Below, piece after piece: positions 29,890 through 40,173 of a DNA stretch of 64,000 bases. Numbering within the stretch: position 1 is the stretch's first letter; the number at the start of each line of letters is the position of its first letter. Source of the DNA: an uncultured Alphaproteobacteria bacterium (GTDB taxonomy: Bacteria; Pseudomonadota; Alphaproteobacteria; RF32; CAG-239); NCBI GenBank assembly GCA_947630965.1, contig CANRJO010000001.1, forward strand, positions 5,988 through 69,987. Reading direction: 5' to 3'. The position numbers and the translations under genes are program-made. The notes beneath the pieces are model-generated. The model saw only the letters and a list, made by a program, of their open reading frames with translations, was not told the DNA's origin and ran no database searches.

Positions 29890-32800
29890 TTATTTTTTCT
29901 TAATTGTGCCTCCGGAGATAAGAGTTTTTCGGGCTGTCGGGCGTAAAAGCCGAGGTTTCTCAGCGGCTTTTTCCTCCAAGACAGAGCTTGAGCCTTGTTT
30001 CTGAATATTCCCTGTCGGAACGCTTTGTGAACGGTAAGAAATAATATTTTCATTTTCTGTAACTGGCTGATCTGCACTTTCATTTGCTTGTGAGAGCAAA
30101 GCAACTTCCGGTTTAGGCTCCACCGCTTCCGGAGTAGGAACACTCATTGGTTCCTTATCTGATTCAATAATTTGGATTCGTTCTTTAATTTTAGGTTGTT
30201 CGCCGTCTGTCGGAACAACTTCGCCATATTCTTCAACATAAACAAGTTTTTTGACATAGGCAAACAAGTTCTCAAGCTGTGTTGTTAAAATTTGAAGTCG
30301 TTCTTGAGTCTGCGTTAAAATGTCAGCCATTTTTTCTTTTTGTTTTTCCAAAACCGCCACATCGGTACTTTGTTCCGCAATATTTTTAACATTTTCGGCA
30401 TCGGTATGGAGTTGATTGACTTGTGAAATGGCGGCCTCAATTTTATGAAGAAAATCTTGTGCCAACGGATCATTATCCAAATCAACGGCGGATTCCAATT
30501 GTTTCAAGCGGATAACATAGGCATTAAGCGTTGTTTTATAGTTCACGGATTTTGTTTGCACATTGTTCACAATATCCATAATTTTTTTATAACTTTGCGC
30601 GGTAGCCGTTTTCAAATCATAGGCATAAATATCAAGAATAGCTTGCTTAATGGTCTGAATTTGCGGTTCGGTGTTTTCTACAAAGGCATTAATTTCAATA
30701 ATATCCTGATCATCAAACTCCTGGTCAGGTTTATGAAGCATAATCTCGAGTCTATTATTCATATCCACAAGCTGCATTTGCTCGACATTGTATCTGTCTC
30801 TGATTTGAGATGTCAGGCTGAGCGGTTTGTATTTTTCAATTAAAGGCATCACATTTTCAACAATCTCTGTTTTCAAACGCTTCACATCTTGTTGCGCCAA
30901 GTCCATTTTTTCATTTAACGCGTTAATTCGAGCATTTTCGGCTTCTTGTTTTTGCCGTTCGATATTTGCCCAATGAGAATCATATTTTTCTTTAAGGGCA
31001 TCCGCTTCAATAATCATATTAGGCATAGAAAGCGTGCCGGTCCATTTAAACAAAATCGGAACAATTCTATCGCTCAAATTTTTAAGTGTTAATTTAAAGT
31101 CTGCCAAAATATCCCAATTTGAAATAACGCCGGAGCCAGTGGCTTCAACGGTAGCCTCTGCGGAATCCATAGCCAAGCTGTTCAATCTGTAATTGCCGTT
31201 TTCAAAAGTCAGATCAGCATTTATTTGTGAAAAGGAAGTTTGACCGGTTGTCAGTTTTTCGCGCAACATATCAAATAAATTATCGGAATAAATGCGGGAG
31301 GTTAAGTCCGTTTCAATATCAGAAAGGTTCCACCCAGTAAAGGTTGGCTGATCAAGCGTCATTTTTAAGTTGCCATTTAAGCCGGAAACAAAATCAGCTT
31401 CTGAAGCGGCAGGTGCATCAAATTCCGCATTTGCGGAAAGCTTGCCCGAAACCCGATAACGACTGCCGCCGACATTATCCAAATCATAATTCTGAATATC
31501 AGCCTGTCCCTTAATCCGAGGTGTTTCAGTCAAATCAAGATCAAATTGGAGCTTGACAGGTGCCTGATGATAATCAGCTGTAAAATCAGCCACATGAATA
31601 GCATTATCCTTAATTCTCAGATTTGTTCGGACATTTTGAAAATCAGTCTGCCCAAAGCTTAAGGTATCCATGGTCAAATTGGCTTCCAAATCAAAAGTTT
31701 TGAAAAAATCAAAGTCATGTGCCGTGGCATTAAAGAGCGGTCTTTCCAAAAACAGGGTATCATTTGTGGTGCCTCGTTTCAAAACAACGCCTTTGGGCTG
31801 ATTGATATTATAAAAGAAGCGCGAGAAGTCAAAATTATTAATGCTTAAATCCGTCATAATAGAGGGACGTTCTGCCATACGGTCAACATTAACAATGCCC
31901 GTAAAGCGGCTAGACCCCACAAAAGTTTCCATATTATCCAAACGCCAGTTTTGGCTATTCCCCGAAACATTGCCTTTTAGGGTAAAAATGTTGATAGCCG
32001 TATTTTGCGGCTTATAATCATACCCCAAGTCTTTAACAAAACTTGTAAAATCAGGGGTCTTAAGTTCTAAGCTGCCGTTAAAGCCAAATGTCTCGGCATC
32101 AGTAAGCGAGCCGGTATAAATAACATGATGCTCATCAAGATTAAATTTTGTATCAACATTGGCCTGTTCAAAGGTTCCATTTAATGTACCTTCCGCATTG
32201 AGTGTTTTGGCTTTATAAATAAGAGGCCAACGAGGCAAAGTGCTTTCAACAAGCGGTAAAAGCGCTGAAAAATCTTGGCTTGAAAGATTAAATTTCAAAT
32301 CCTTAAAATTCGGCACTGTGCCCAGACCGGAAATTTCCGCTTGAGCGTTTAAAGAAGAAGACAAAATGTTATCAATGGTCAATTTGGTAAGATTAATAGC
32401 GCCCTTTTGAGCATCAAAGACAAAATTTAAATTTTCAAACGGTGTTTTATTGTAAATACCAAAGTTGAGCTTTCCGTCAAAATGCACAGTGAGGTCATTT
32501 AAGAAAGATAGCTTATTAAGAAGCGCATTAAGCTTTTGCGTAAAAGGCAAAGCTTGTTCTTCTTCGGTAAGTTGCGGTAAGTAGTTATCCAAGTTGATAT
32601 TATCAGCTTGCACCGCAATAAAATAGCGCAGTTCCGGTTTCCTTACAATCCCTAACAAACCTTGCAGGGCAGATTTATCAACGTTGATAAGATAAGGCTG
32701 TACCCTGATTTGATTAAGGTTACCTGACAGATCAAATTGAGTGGAAGCGTTTTTAAATGTGGAAGGCGCGTATGTTTCCGGTTTAAGCCCGAGCCAAGTT

Positions 32801-34104
32801 AACAAGGCAAGAAAATCTTGTGAAAAAGTTTGCACTTGGAATTTGTAAGAAAGAACTTCATCATTTTCAAAAACATCACCGGTGATGGTGGTTTCTGTAT
32901 CGCCCGGGAGCAAAGCGTTAAAGTCTTTGATGGTCAAAATATCATTTATATATTGAGCGCTCAAATTAAGATTACGCAGATTTTCACCCCGATAAACAGC
33001 TTTAACGGCGCGAATATCAGCCACAATATCATAATCCAAATAAGGGTGGTACAATTTGCCGTTGTCATAAAGTTTTAATTGTTCCATAATCATACCGGCA
33101 ATCGGATCAAGATCCAAATTTGTCATATCAAACTGAATGTTAATAACTCTTTTTTCATTTTTATTAGCGGGTTTTATCAGCGGAATTAAAATATTGCCGG
33201 CACCGGCTGTTTTATCGCCGTATTTAATAATAAAGCTTGATAACCCGATCTGCTGATTGTTAATATTAAGTTCCACGGAGCTTTCCAACGGATAATTATA
33301 TTCTTCCGGCAGAATAAGCTGATTAGCCAAATCATTAATAAACAAAGACGGATTTTTTGATTCCATCGTAAAGTTACCCTTAATTTCATTGGTGCTCACT
33401 TGCACGGAGCCATCAAAGCGGGCATACGACGAGCTTGTCGGGTGCGTAATGGCCAAATTAACGGAGGTGGCAAAACTTTCGGTAATGTTGCCAATGTTCA
33501 AAGCAAAACCGGCAGGGTTATCATCTTTCACAAAATTGCCGTCAATCCGATACGGTCCGTTAAGGCTTTGGGCAGAAATCTCTGCATTCACTTTTTCCAT
33601 AGTTATATCAGCTTCCAGAGCTGGGTTCACAATATGGATAACGGCATCATCAAGCATAATGCTGTTAAAGGCCACATTAAAAGCAGGGGCAAAGTCATCA
33701 TCGCCCACATTTTTTTCAGGTTGCCAATTAAATTTTCCGTCCTTTGAAAACTCAATCAAAATCTTTGGTTTACGCAGCACCATTTTGTTAACTTCAAAAG
33801 AGCCTTTCAAAAGCTCAAGCAGACTTAAATCGCTGACCAACTCTTCAATAGAGGCAAGGGGTGTTTGATCTTGCGCCTGTTTAGGATTAAAAATTTTAAT
33901 ATCTTGCGCCGTAAGTGTCGGTTTTGGGAAAAAGTCAAGTGAAACAGGCCCGTTAAAGACAATTTTTTTACCTGTAATTTGTTCAAACTGCAAAGCAATT
34001 TTATCTTTGTGTAAATTCCAATCAATCGTTGAAACGTAAAACGAAACACCAACCGACGCCAAAACAGCAAGCACCGCAAATGTGAGAAATATTTTTTTAA
34101 ACAC
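29890..34104 (-). CDS. Giant AsmA-family (AsmA/TamB-like) envelope protein with a C-terminal coiled-coil and Pro/Glu-rich tail
   Basis: About 1400 aa. N-terminal TM anchor, a long beta-rich body typical of the AsmA-like superfamily, and a C-terminal coiled coil of about 300 aa. Start set at a GTG preceded by AGGAGA (the track ATG at 34233 would run into the divergent cdd promoter). The start is uncertain. Confidence 0.55.
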   Translation of the reverse strand: MFKKIFLTFAVLAVLASVGVSFYVSTIDWNLHKDKIALQFEQITGKKIVFNGPVSLDFFPKPTLTAQDIKIFNPKQAQDQTPLASIEELVSDLSLLELLKGSFEVNKMVLRKPKILIEFSKDGKFNWQPEKNVGDDDFAPAFNVAFNSIMLDDAVIHIVNPALEADITMEKVNAEISAQSLNGPYRIDGNFVKDDNPAGFALNIGNITESFATSVNLAITHPTSSSYARFDGSVQVSTNEIKGNFTMESKNPSLFINDLANQLILPEEYNYPLESSVELNINNQQIGLSSFIIKYGDKTAGAGNILIPLIKPANKNEKRVINIQFDMTNLDLDPIAGMIMEQLKLYDNGKLYHPYLDYDIVADIRAVKAVYRGENLRNLNLSAQYINDILTIKDFNALLPGDTETTITGDVFENDEVLSYKFQVQTFSQDFLALLTWLGLKPETYAPSTFKNASTQFDLSGNLNQIRVQPYLINVDKSALQGLLGIVRKPELRYFIAVQADNINLDNYLPQLTEEEQALPFTQKLNALLNKLSFLNDLTVHFDGKLNFGIYNKTPFENLNFVFDAQKGAINLTKLTIDNILSSSLNAQAEISGLGTVPNFKDLKFNLSSQDFSALLPLVESTLPRWPLIYKAKTLNAEGTLNGTFEQANVDTKFNLDEHHVIYTGSLTDAETFGFNGSLELKTPDFTSFVKDLGYDYKPQNTAINIFTLKGNVSGNSQNWRLDNMETFVGSSRFTGIVNVDRMAERPSIMTDLSINNFDFSRFFYNINQPKGVVLKRGTTNDTLFLERPLFNATAHDFDFFKTFDLEANLTMDTLSFGQTDFQNVRTNLRIKDNAIHVADFTADYHQAPVKLQFDLDLTETPRIKGQADIQNYDLDNVGGSRYRVSGKLSANAEFDAPAASEADFVSGLNGNLKMTLDQPTFTGWNLSDIETDLTSRIYSDNLFDMLREKLTTGQTSFSQINADLTFENGNYRLNSLAMDSAEATVEATGSGVISNWDILADFKLTLKNLSDRIVPILFKWTGTLSMPNMIIEADALKEKYDSHWANIERQKQEAENARINALNEKMDLAQQDVKRLKTEIVENVMPLIEKYKPLSLTSQIRDRYNVEQMQLVDMNNRLEIMLHKPDQEFDDQDIIEINAFVENTEPQIQTIKQAILDIYAYDLKTATAQSYKKIMDIVNNVQTKSVNYKTTLNAYVIRLKQLESAVDLDNDPLAQDFLHKIEAAISQVNQLHTDAENVKNIAEQSTDVAVLEKQKEKMADILTQTQERLQILTTQLENLFAYVKKLVYVEEYGEVVPTDGEQPKIKERIQIIESDKEPMSVPTPEAVEPKPEVALLSQANESADQPVTENENIISYRSQSVPTGNIQKQGSSSVLEEKAAEKPRLLRPTARKTLISGGTIKKK

Positions 34105-34207
34105 CCTGATAATTCTCCTGTAACAAACGCAAAAAGTCTTTGCCAAACACAAGATTATTTTATAATATTCAAAGTATAAATCAACAAGTTTTTGAAAGGA
34201 AGTTAAA

Positions 34208-34609
34208 ATGACAACCCTTGAACAACTTTTCACGGCGGCACTTGAGGTGCGTCAAAAGGCTTATGCGCCATATTCCAAGTTTGCGGTTGGCGCGGCGCTA
34301 AAGGGCACAAACGGCAAAATTTATACAGGCTGTAATGTTGAAAACGTTTCATTTCCTTGCGGAACTTGTGCCGAAGCGGGCGCTGTTGCAAGTATGAACG
34401 CCGATGCTTGCCGCCTGATAAAAGAGATTGTGATTGTGGCGGATTCTCAAACACTAATCACCCCTTGTGGGGCATGCTTGCAACGCTTGGCTGAGTTTTC
34501 GGATTCAAAAACAAAAATCCATTTGGCAAATTTGAAAGGTGTTCAAAAATCTTGCACGCTTACGGAGCTTTTGCCGATGTCTTTCGCGGAAAAGGGACTG
34601 AAGAAATGA
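34208..34609 (+). CDS. cdd: Cytidine deaminase
   Basis: 133 aa. Zinc ligands CAE and PCGTC (CGNVENVSFPCGTCAEAG; second site PCGAC). Confidence 0.9.
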   Translation: MTTLEQLFTAALEVRQKAYAPYSKFAVGAALKGTNGKIYTGCNVENVSFPCGTCAEAGAVASMNADACRLIKEIVIVADSQTLITPCGACLQRLAEFSDSKTKIHLANLKGVQKSCTLTELLPMSFAEKGLKK

Positions 34610-35409
34610 TCAAAAAATATGTTCAAAACCTGAAATCTTTTTTAAAAAATCACAAGCCCGAAACGCTGATTATTTTGGGCTCCGGTTTGGGTGCCTTAGC
34701 ACAGAATATTGAGCATGCCCAAAAAATTTCTTATGAAAATTTAGGCTTCCCGAAGATTAATGTGAGTGGTCATGCGGGGCAACTAACGCTCGGGCGTGTC
34801 GGCGGTAAAGACGTACTTTTAATGGAAGGGCGTTATCATCTTTATGAAGGGCACCAACCGGAGCTGATTAAAGATCTTTTAAGTGCTTTTGCCGCTGTCG
34901 GTATCAAGAGGCTTGTTGTCACAAATGCTGCGGGCTCGCTTAACCCCAAGATAAAAGCCGGCAGTGTGGTTATTATCAAAGACCACATCAATTTAAGCGG
35001 CAAAAATCCGTTAATCGGCGTTAATAATGATTCTTTGGGACCGCGCTTCCCGAGCATGAATAATGTTTATGACGTCTCTGAGCGGAAAAAACTCAAGAAA
35101 ATAGGGGCGCGTATGGGGCTGAAATTAAGAGAGGGGGTTTACATGATGGTTTTAGGACCAAATTTTGAGACGCCCTCGGAAGTTCGAGCATTCAGACGCT
35201 TGGGGGCTGACATGGTCGGGATGTCCACGGTAACGGAGGTTATCACGGCGGCATATTTATCTATGCCTGTGACGGGGCTATCGGTTATCACCAACATGGC
35301 GGCGGGCTTGCAAAAAACGGCGCCCTCGCATGCCGAAACGCTTGAAATGGCTCAAAAAGCTTCCCAAACATTAGTCGCCTTATTACATGCTTATTTAGAG
35401 GAGTTATAA
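34606..35409 (+). CDS. Purine nucleoside phosphorylase (PNP/MTAP family I)
   Basis: Start MIKKYV overlaps the cdd stop (ATGA). LIILGSGLG, HAGQL and VTNAAGSL motifs of trimeric PNP. Confidence 0.82.
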   Translation: MIKKYVQNLKSFLKNHKPETLIILGSGLGALAQNIEHAQKISYENLGFPKINVSGHAGQLTLGRVGGKDVLLMEGRYHLYEGHQPELIKDLLSAFAAVGIKRLVVTNAAGSLNPKIKAGSVVIIKDHINLSGKNPLIGVNNDSLGPRFPSMNNVYDVSERKKLKKIGARMGLKLREGVYMMVLGPNFETPSEVRAFRRLGADMVGMSTVTEVITAAYLSMPVTGLSVITNMAAGLQKTAPSHAETLEMAQKASQTLVALLHAYLEEL

Positions 35410-35410
35410 G

Positions 35411-36706
35411 ATGTTTCCGCAGGAGATTATTCGTCAAAAACGCGATAAAAAAACATTAACAGCGGATGAAATTCGTTTTTTTATCAAAGGCGTTGCCGAT
35501 GCTTCCATTGCTGATTGTCAAGCTTCTGCCTTAACAATGGCAATTTTTTTAAACGGCTTAAACAAGGCGGAAACGGTGGCACTTACCTTAGCCATGCGTG
35601 ATTCGGGCGATGTCTTAAAATGGCACTTGAACGGTCCAGTCATTGATAAACACTCCACCGGTGGCGTGGGCGATAAAGTAAGTTTGATGTTGGCACCGAT
35701 CTTGGCGGTATGCGGTGGCTATGTCCCGATGATTGCGGGCAAAGGGCTCGGACATACGGGCGGCACCATAGATAAGCTCGATTCTATCAAGGGCTACCAA
35801 ACCTTAGCGGATAACAAAACATTTCAAAAAACGGTCAAAGAAGTAGGTTGCGCCATTGTCGGGCAGACGGCAAATTTAGCTCCTGCGGATAAAAAACTTT
35901 ATGCCCTGCGCGATGTTTGTGGCACGGTAGAATCAATCCCGCTGATTACGGCCTCCATTCTTTCCAAAAAGTTAGCGGCCGGTCTTGAATATCTGGTCAT
36001 GGATCTCAAATGCGGCAAAGGTGCTTTTATGCCTGATTTAAAACACGCCAAAGCGCTTGCAAAAACAATTGAGGAAACGGCAAATGACGCAGGAACAAAA
36101 ACCACGGCGCTCATTACGGACATGAATGAAGTTTTGGGCAATTCTGTCGGCAACGCCATAGAAGTGCGCGAGGCTTTGGCTTACTTAAAAGGCGAAACGC
36201 CGGAACATCGTTTAGATGAAGTCACGCGGTCATTAGCGGTCAATCTGCTTGTAAGCGCCAAACTTTATAAAACGAAAAATGAGGCGGCGGCGAATGTCGA
36301 AAAAGCCATCAAAAGCGGTGCGGCGCTTGAAAAATTTGCACAAATGGTGAGGGCGTTGGGCGGTGCATCTGATTTTATTGAGAAGCCTGAAAAATATTTG
36401 CCCCAAGCCAAAATTGTGCGCCCTGTTTTTGCCAAGAAAGAAGGTTTTGTGGAAGAAATGGACATTCGCGAAATCGGCATGCTATTGGTAGGCTTAAAAG
36501 GCGGTCGCACACATCCGGATCAAAAGCTTGATTACGCAACGGGGTTGAGCGCGTTTTGCCACATTGGCGATAAGCTAGATGCCAAAACACCTTTAGCTTT
36601 CGTTCATGCCCAAACGGAAGAAGATTTTACAAAAACGGCAAGCGCCTTGCAAAAGCTTATCAAGGTTGGTTCTCAAAAGCGCCAAAGCAAAGTTATTTTG
36701 TCTTAG
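35411..36706 (+). CDS. deoA: Thymidine (pyrimidine-nucleoside) phosphorylase
   Basis: 431 aa. DKHSTGGVGDKVSL glycosyltransferase family 3 motif, GHTGGT. Confidence 0.9.
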   Translation: MFPQEIIRQKRDKKTLTADEIRFFIKGVADASIADCQASALTMAIFLNGLNKAETVALTLAMRDSGDVLKWHLNGPVIDKHSTGGVGDKVSLMLAPILAVCGGYVPMIAGKGLGHTGGTIDKLDSIKGYQTLADNKTFQKTVKEVGCAIVGQTANLAPADKKLYALRDVCGTVESIPLITASILSKKLAAGLEYLVMDLKCGKGAFMPDLKHAKALAKTIEETANDAGTKTTALITDMNEVLGNSVGNAIEVREALAYLKGETPEHRLDEVTRSLAVNLLVSAKLYKTKNEAAANVEKAIKSGAALEKFAQMVRALGGASDFIEKPEKYLPQAKIVRPVFAKKEGFVEEMDIREIGMLLVGLKGGRTHPDQKLDYATGLSAFCHIGDKLDAKTPLAFVHAQTEEDFTKTASALQKLIKVGSQKRQSKVILS

Positions 36707-39113
36707 ATTTGCTTGACTTTTGAACTTCAGGCTCAGCAGGTTGATCGCCATTATGAAGCACAATTTGCTGAAACGGAATTTCAATGCCTTCTTCTTCAAA
36801 GCGGCGGTTGATTTCATAACGCAACTCGCTTGGCAAAACCCAACCTGACCAAATGTTGTTGGAATAACAACGCAATTCGAAATCAAGCGAACTAGCACCG
36901 AAGTCTTGGAACAAAACATAAGGTGCGGGCACTTTCAAAACTTTTTTATTGTTGCGCGCACATTCAAGCAAAATTTCCGTCACTTTATTAACATCTGTGC
37001 CATACGCCACGCCAACCTTAACGGATTGACGTGTCCAGTTGTTGCCATGCGTCAAATTTTTCATGGACGAGGAAATCAAAGTGGCGTTCGGGATAATAAC
37101 GCTTGTTTTGTTAAACGTTTCAAGCTCCGTGGAGCGGATATTGATTTGTTTAATTTGCCCTTCTTCACCGTTTAAGATGACCCAATCGCCAATTTTAAAG
37201 GGGCGTTCAAACAAGATGATAATACCCGAAACAAAGTTATTAATGATGTTTTGCAACCCGAAACCGATACCAACCGAGAGCGCACCGGCAATAACCGCAA
37301 GGCTTGTGAGATCGCCGCCCATCACCACAATAGCCAACAGCGAGGAAAGGATAAACCCGACAAAGCTGACCCCTGATGAGAGCGAATGCTTAATGCCATC
37401 ATCAATATCAAGCTGTGAAAAGACATTAACCGTCAGCCGATTCTTCAGATATTTCACCAAAGCAAGCGAACCGAAAAAGACCACCACGCCAAAAACAATA
37501 GCGATCAAAGAAATTGTTACACCGCCAACTTTAAAGCCGAAGAGCAGTTTGCGGGCAATGTGCAGAATGAATGTTCCCGAAAATCCCCAAATATTTAAGA
37601 GCGCGAAAATAAAAAGCAGACTGATAAGCGGTGTCAAAAATAAGTTTAGCCCGAAGTTAATTTTTCTTAAAAGCTTGCGCCGCAGTCTGAAAGTTTTGCT
37701 CCAAAAGCCCATGAGCAACAATCGTTTCAAAAGTTCTGCTGAAAGTTTATTAACAATAATCAAAAGCCCAAGCAAAACAGCGGTTGAAACAATTCGGTTC
37801 AAAATAAAGGAAGCAAGCCAAATGTAGCCGAACAAAGAGAGTGAAAACGTAATAAAAGCAACAAAGAAAGTCAGGAAAATAACTTTAAATGATGTACTGA
37901 AATGCCCATCATCGTCATCATCATCTTCCGCATTAGCGGAGGTGCTTTCTGTCGCATTATCAACGGATTGTTCAGTTTCATTTTCCGCAAAAATGCGCGT
38001 AATCAGGAGTGCCACGGAAAACGCCTTAACCGCACAAGCAATCATGACCAAAAAGTTTGTTAAAATGGTGGAGTAACCCTCTGAAAGTGCAATGTGCTCC
38101 AAGAGCGAAATTGCGCCAATCATCACAATGGCAATATAGAGCGCATACACAATACCGATGGCTTTGGGTGTTTTTACATTAATCAGACGCCACCTTTCAT
38201 TATAAGGCGCAAAGGTCACGCGAGCAAGCGCTTTGGCAAGAAAAACGTACAGAAGATAATAAAGCGTACTGGTCACAACTGTCCCAAAGAAAGTGCCCTC
38301 AAAAATCTGTGACCCGATGATTGTGGCCAAAAAGCCACCGATGATTGTGGAAGGGATAACGCCATACCCAATCGCAACGGCAATAGCCGCCAAAATCTTT
38401 TGACCATAGCGCGGGTTATCAATGTCAGAGCGATACCCGAATGCACGCATAATAAGCCGCCGCAGCATAAACCCAATCCAAAACGTGCCAATCAAAAGGA
38501 AGAGTGCAGGCAAAATATAATTTAAAACATGGTTTTGAGTTTCAGTATCAAGAGTCCTAAACCACACAAGGGGCGATTTTGCGATATCCCATATAAAGGC
38601 AATTAAGGCTTTAAGCCCTGTCAGAAAAGTGGAGGGCTGAATATATATTTCCTGCCGGAGTAAAAGTTTACCCAAAACATTTTGATTGCGCGCATTAATA
38701 AATGCCAAATTCAAATCATCAATACGCACCTGCAATACGTCAGCCTCAGCTATACGGCTGCGCACAAGAGCAAGTTCATCAGAAAGTTCTTTACGTTTTT
38801 GTGCAATAATCGGTAATTCTTTTGTGCCGTCTTTCGGTTCTTCGCCCATAGCATCGAGTTGTTTTTGCAGACTGCGGGCGCGGCGTTCATTTTCTTGCTT
38901 GGAAGCGGCAAGTTGGTTGGAAACATCATAAAGATAAGAAGTATTTTCCTCAAGCCCTGAAAGGTTAAAAGAATTATCTTTCAGCTTATTTTCAAGATCG
39001 CTCAAGCCCTTGGAAAATTCAACAAACTTTGCGTCTTCGGTGGTTTGGGCAGCCAATGCCGGCATACTTATCAAAAACAGCGCTAAAAGACAAAACCTGA
39101 AATATTGAAGCAT
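36693..39113 (-). CDS. MscS-family mechanosensitive channel (MscK/KefA-like, large N-terminal extension)
   Basis: 806 aa. Signal peptide, periplasmic coiled coil, multiple TM segments, a C-terminal MscS pore/vestibule domain (PFKIGDWV...G.V..I..R.T..RT), and a poly-Asp stretch. Confidence 0.78.
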   Translation of the reverse strand: MLQYFRFCLLALFLISMPALAAQTTEDAKFVEFSKGLSDLENKLKDNSFNLSGLEENTSYLYDVSNQLAASKQENERRARSLQKQLDAMGEEPKDGTKELPIIAQKRKELSDELALVRSRIAEADVLQVRIDDLNLAFINARNQNVLGKLLLRQEIYIQPSTFLTGLKALIAFIWDIAKSPLVWFRTLDTETQNHVLNYILPALFLLIGTFWIGFMLRRLIMRAFGYRSDIDNPRYGQKILAAIAVAIGYGVIPSTIIGGFLATIIGSQIFEGTFFGTVVTSTLYYLLYVFLAKALARVTFAPYNERWRLINVKTPKAIGIVYALYIAIVMIGAISLLEHIALSEGYSTILTNFLVMIACAVKAFSVALLITRIFAENETEQSVDNATESTSANAEDDDDDDGHFSTSFKVIFLTFFVAFITFSLSLFGYIWLASFILNRIVSTAVLLGLLIIVNKLSAELLKRLLLMGFWSKTFRLRRKLLRKINFGLNLFLTPLISLLFIFALLNIWGFSGTFILHIARKLLFGFKVGGVTISLIAIVFGVVVFFGSLALVKYLKNRLTVNVFSQLDIDDGIKHSLSSGVSFVGFILSSLLAIVVMGGDLTSLAVIAGALSVGIGFGLQNIINNFVSGIIILFERPFKIGDWVILNGEEGQIKQINIRSTELETFNKTSVIIPNATLISSSMKNLTHGNNWTRQSVKVGVAYGTDVNKVTEILLECARNNKKVLKVPAPYVLFQDFGASSLDFELRCYSNNIWSGWVLPSELRYEINRRFEEEGIEIPFQQIVLHNGDQPAEPEVQKSSKSKTK

Positions 39114-39124
39114 CGTTACAATCC

Positions 39125-40126
39125 TTATTTTGTAAAGAGAAGTTTCATAACCTTAAAAGCATTTTGAGCCGTTGTGGCGCGCAAATTATCTGCCACGCAC
39201 CAAAAACTAAAACCGTTTTCGGTGGAAAGATCCTGCCGTAAACGGCTGATGTAAACAGCATCTTCGCCTTGCACATCATTAAGACTGACATATCCGGCAT
39301 CAACTTGCTTGTCAAAAACAACCACGCCGTCTGTTTCCGACATCAACTTGCGCGCGGCGTCAATATCTGTTTCAGTGGCGCATTCCACATTTACAAACGC
39401 ACCCAAGCCGATAAACGCCGGGACAAAAGCCGCGTTGGCATGCACTTTCAAATTACCGCCCAAAACCTTTTTAATTTCCGCGTTAAACGCCCACTCAAAA
39501 TCGGTATCTTCACCGATAAATTTGCCCACTTGCGGCAACACATTAAAAGCAATTTGCTTGTGAAACACATTTTCATCATCGGCAAGCGTTGCATTCATAA
39601 AAATCTTACGTGTCTGATTAAAAAGTTCATCCATGGCGGGCTTGCCGTAAACGGAAGTGGAGGCATAAGCCGAAATCACAAGTCGCACAATCGGAAATTG
39701 CGCATTCACCTTGGCAAGCGGAAGCAAAACCTGTGTGGTAAGCGCCGAGGGCACGGCAATCACCTTTGCGCCTTTGGCAGCCTGATTATTTAGCCCAGCA
39801 ACAACCATTGGCACGCCAGAATCTGAAAATGTGGCAGCGCTCATATCAATAACCACATTGGAGGAAGCGGCGGCTTTGGAAATATACTTTTTCGCAACAT
39901 CAGCTTCAGTTGCAAAAAACACGCATTCAGTTTGAGAAAAGTCAAATTCTTCCGGAGCATAGACGTCTAATTCATCATCTTCGCCGTATGAAACCATATT
40001 CCCCATCGGGCTTTTGGGCTCAAGCGCAAAAACATCAGAGGCGGCAACGCCGTTTTCACTTAAAAGGGAAAGCAACTCGCGTCCCGTATTATCCATGGCA
40101 CCGACAACAGCAAATTTTGTCATCAT
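39125..40126 (-). CDS. Aspartate-semialdehyde dehydrogenase homolog with a degenerate active site (probable pseudoenzyme)
   Basis: Asd family blocks MDELFNQTR, IAFNVLP and AVYISRLRQD...DNLR are conserved. The catalytic Cys motif I-A-N-P-N-C-S-T reads IAVPSALT. GATGNVG reads GAMDNTG. The His block is lost. Confidence 0.7.
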   Translation of the reverse strand: MMTKFAVVGAMDNTGRELLSLLSENGVAASDVFALEPKSPMGNMVSYGEDDELDVYAPEEFDFSQTECVFFATEADVAKKYISKAAASSNVVIDMSAATFSDSGVPMVVAGLNNQAAKGAKVIAVPSALTTQVLLPLAKVNAQFPIVRLVISAYASTSVYGKPAMDELFNQTRKIFMNATLADDENVFHKQIAFNVLPQVGKFIGEDTDFEWAFNAEIKKVLGGNLKVHANAAFVPAFIGLGAFVNVECATETDIDAARKLMSETDGVVVFDKQVDAGYVSLNDVQGEDAVYISRLRQDLSTENGFSFWCVADNLRATTAQNAFKVMKLLFTK

Positions 40127-40173
40127 TTTTTCCTTTCTTTGGAAACGTATTATAAATACAAATTCTTTAAATT

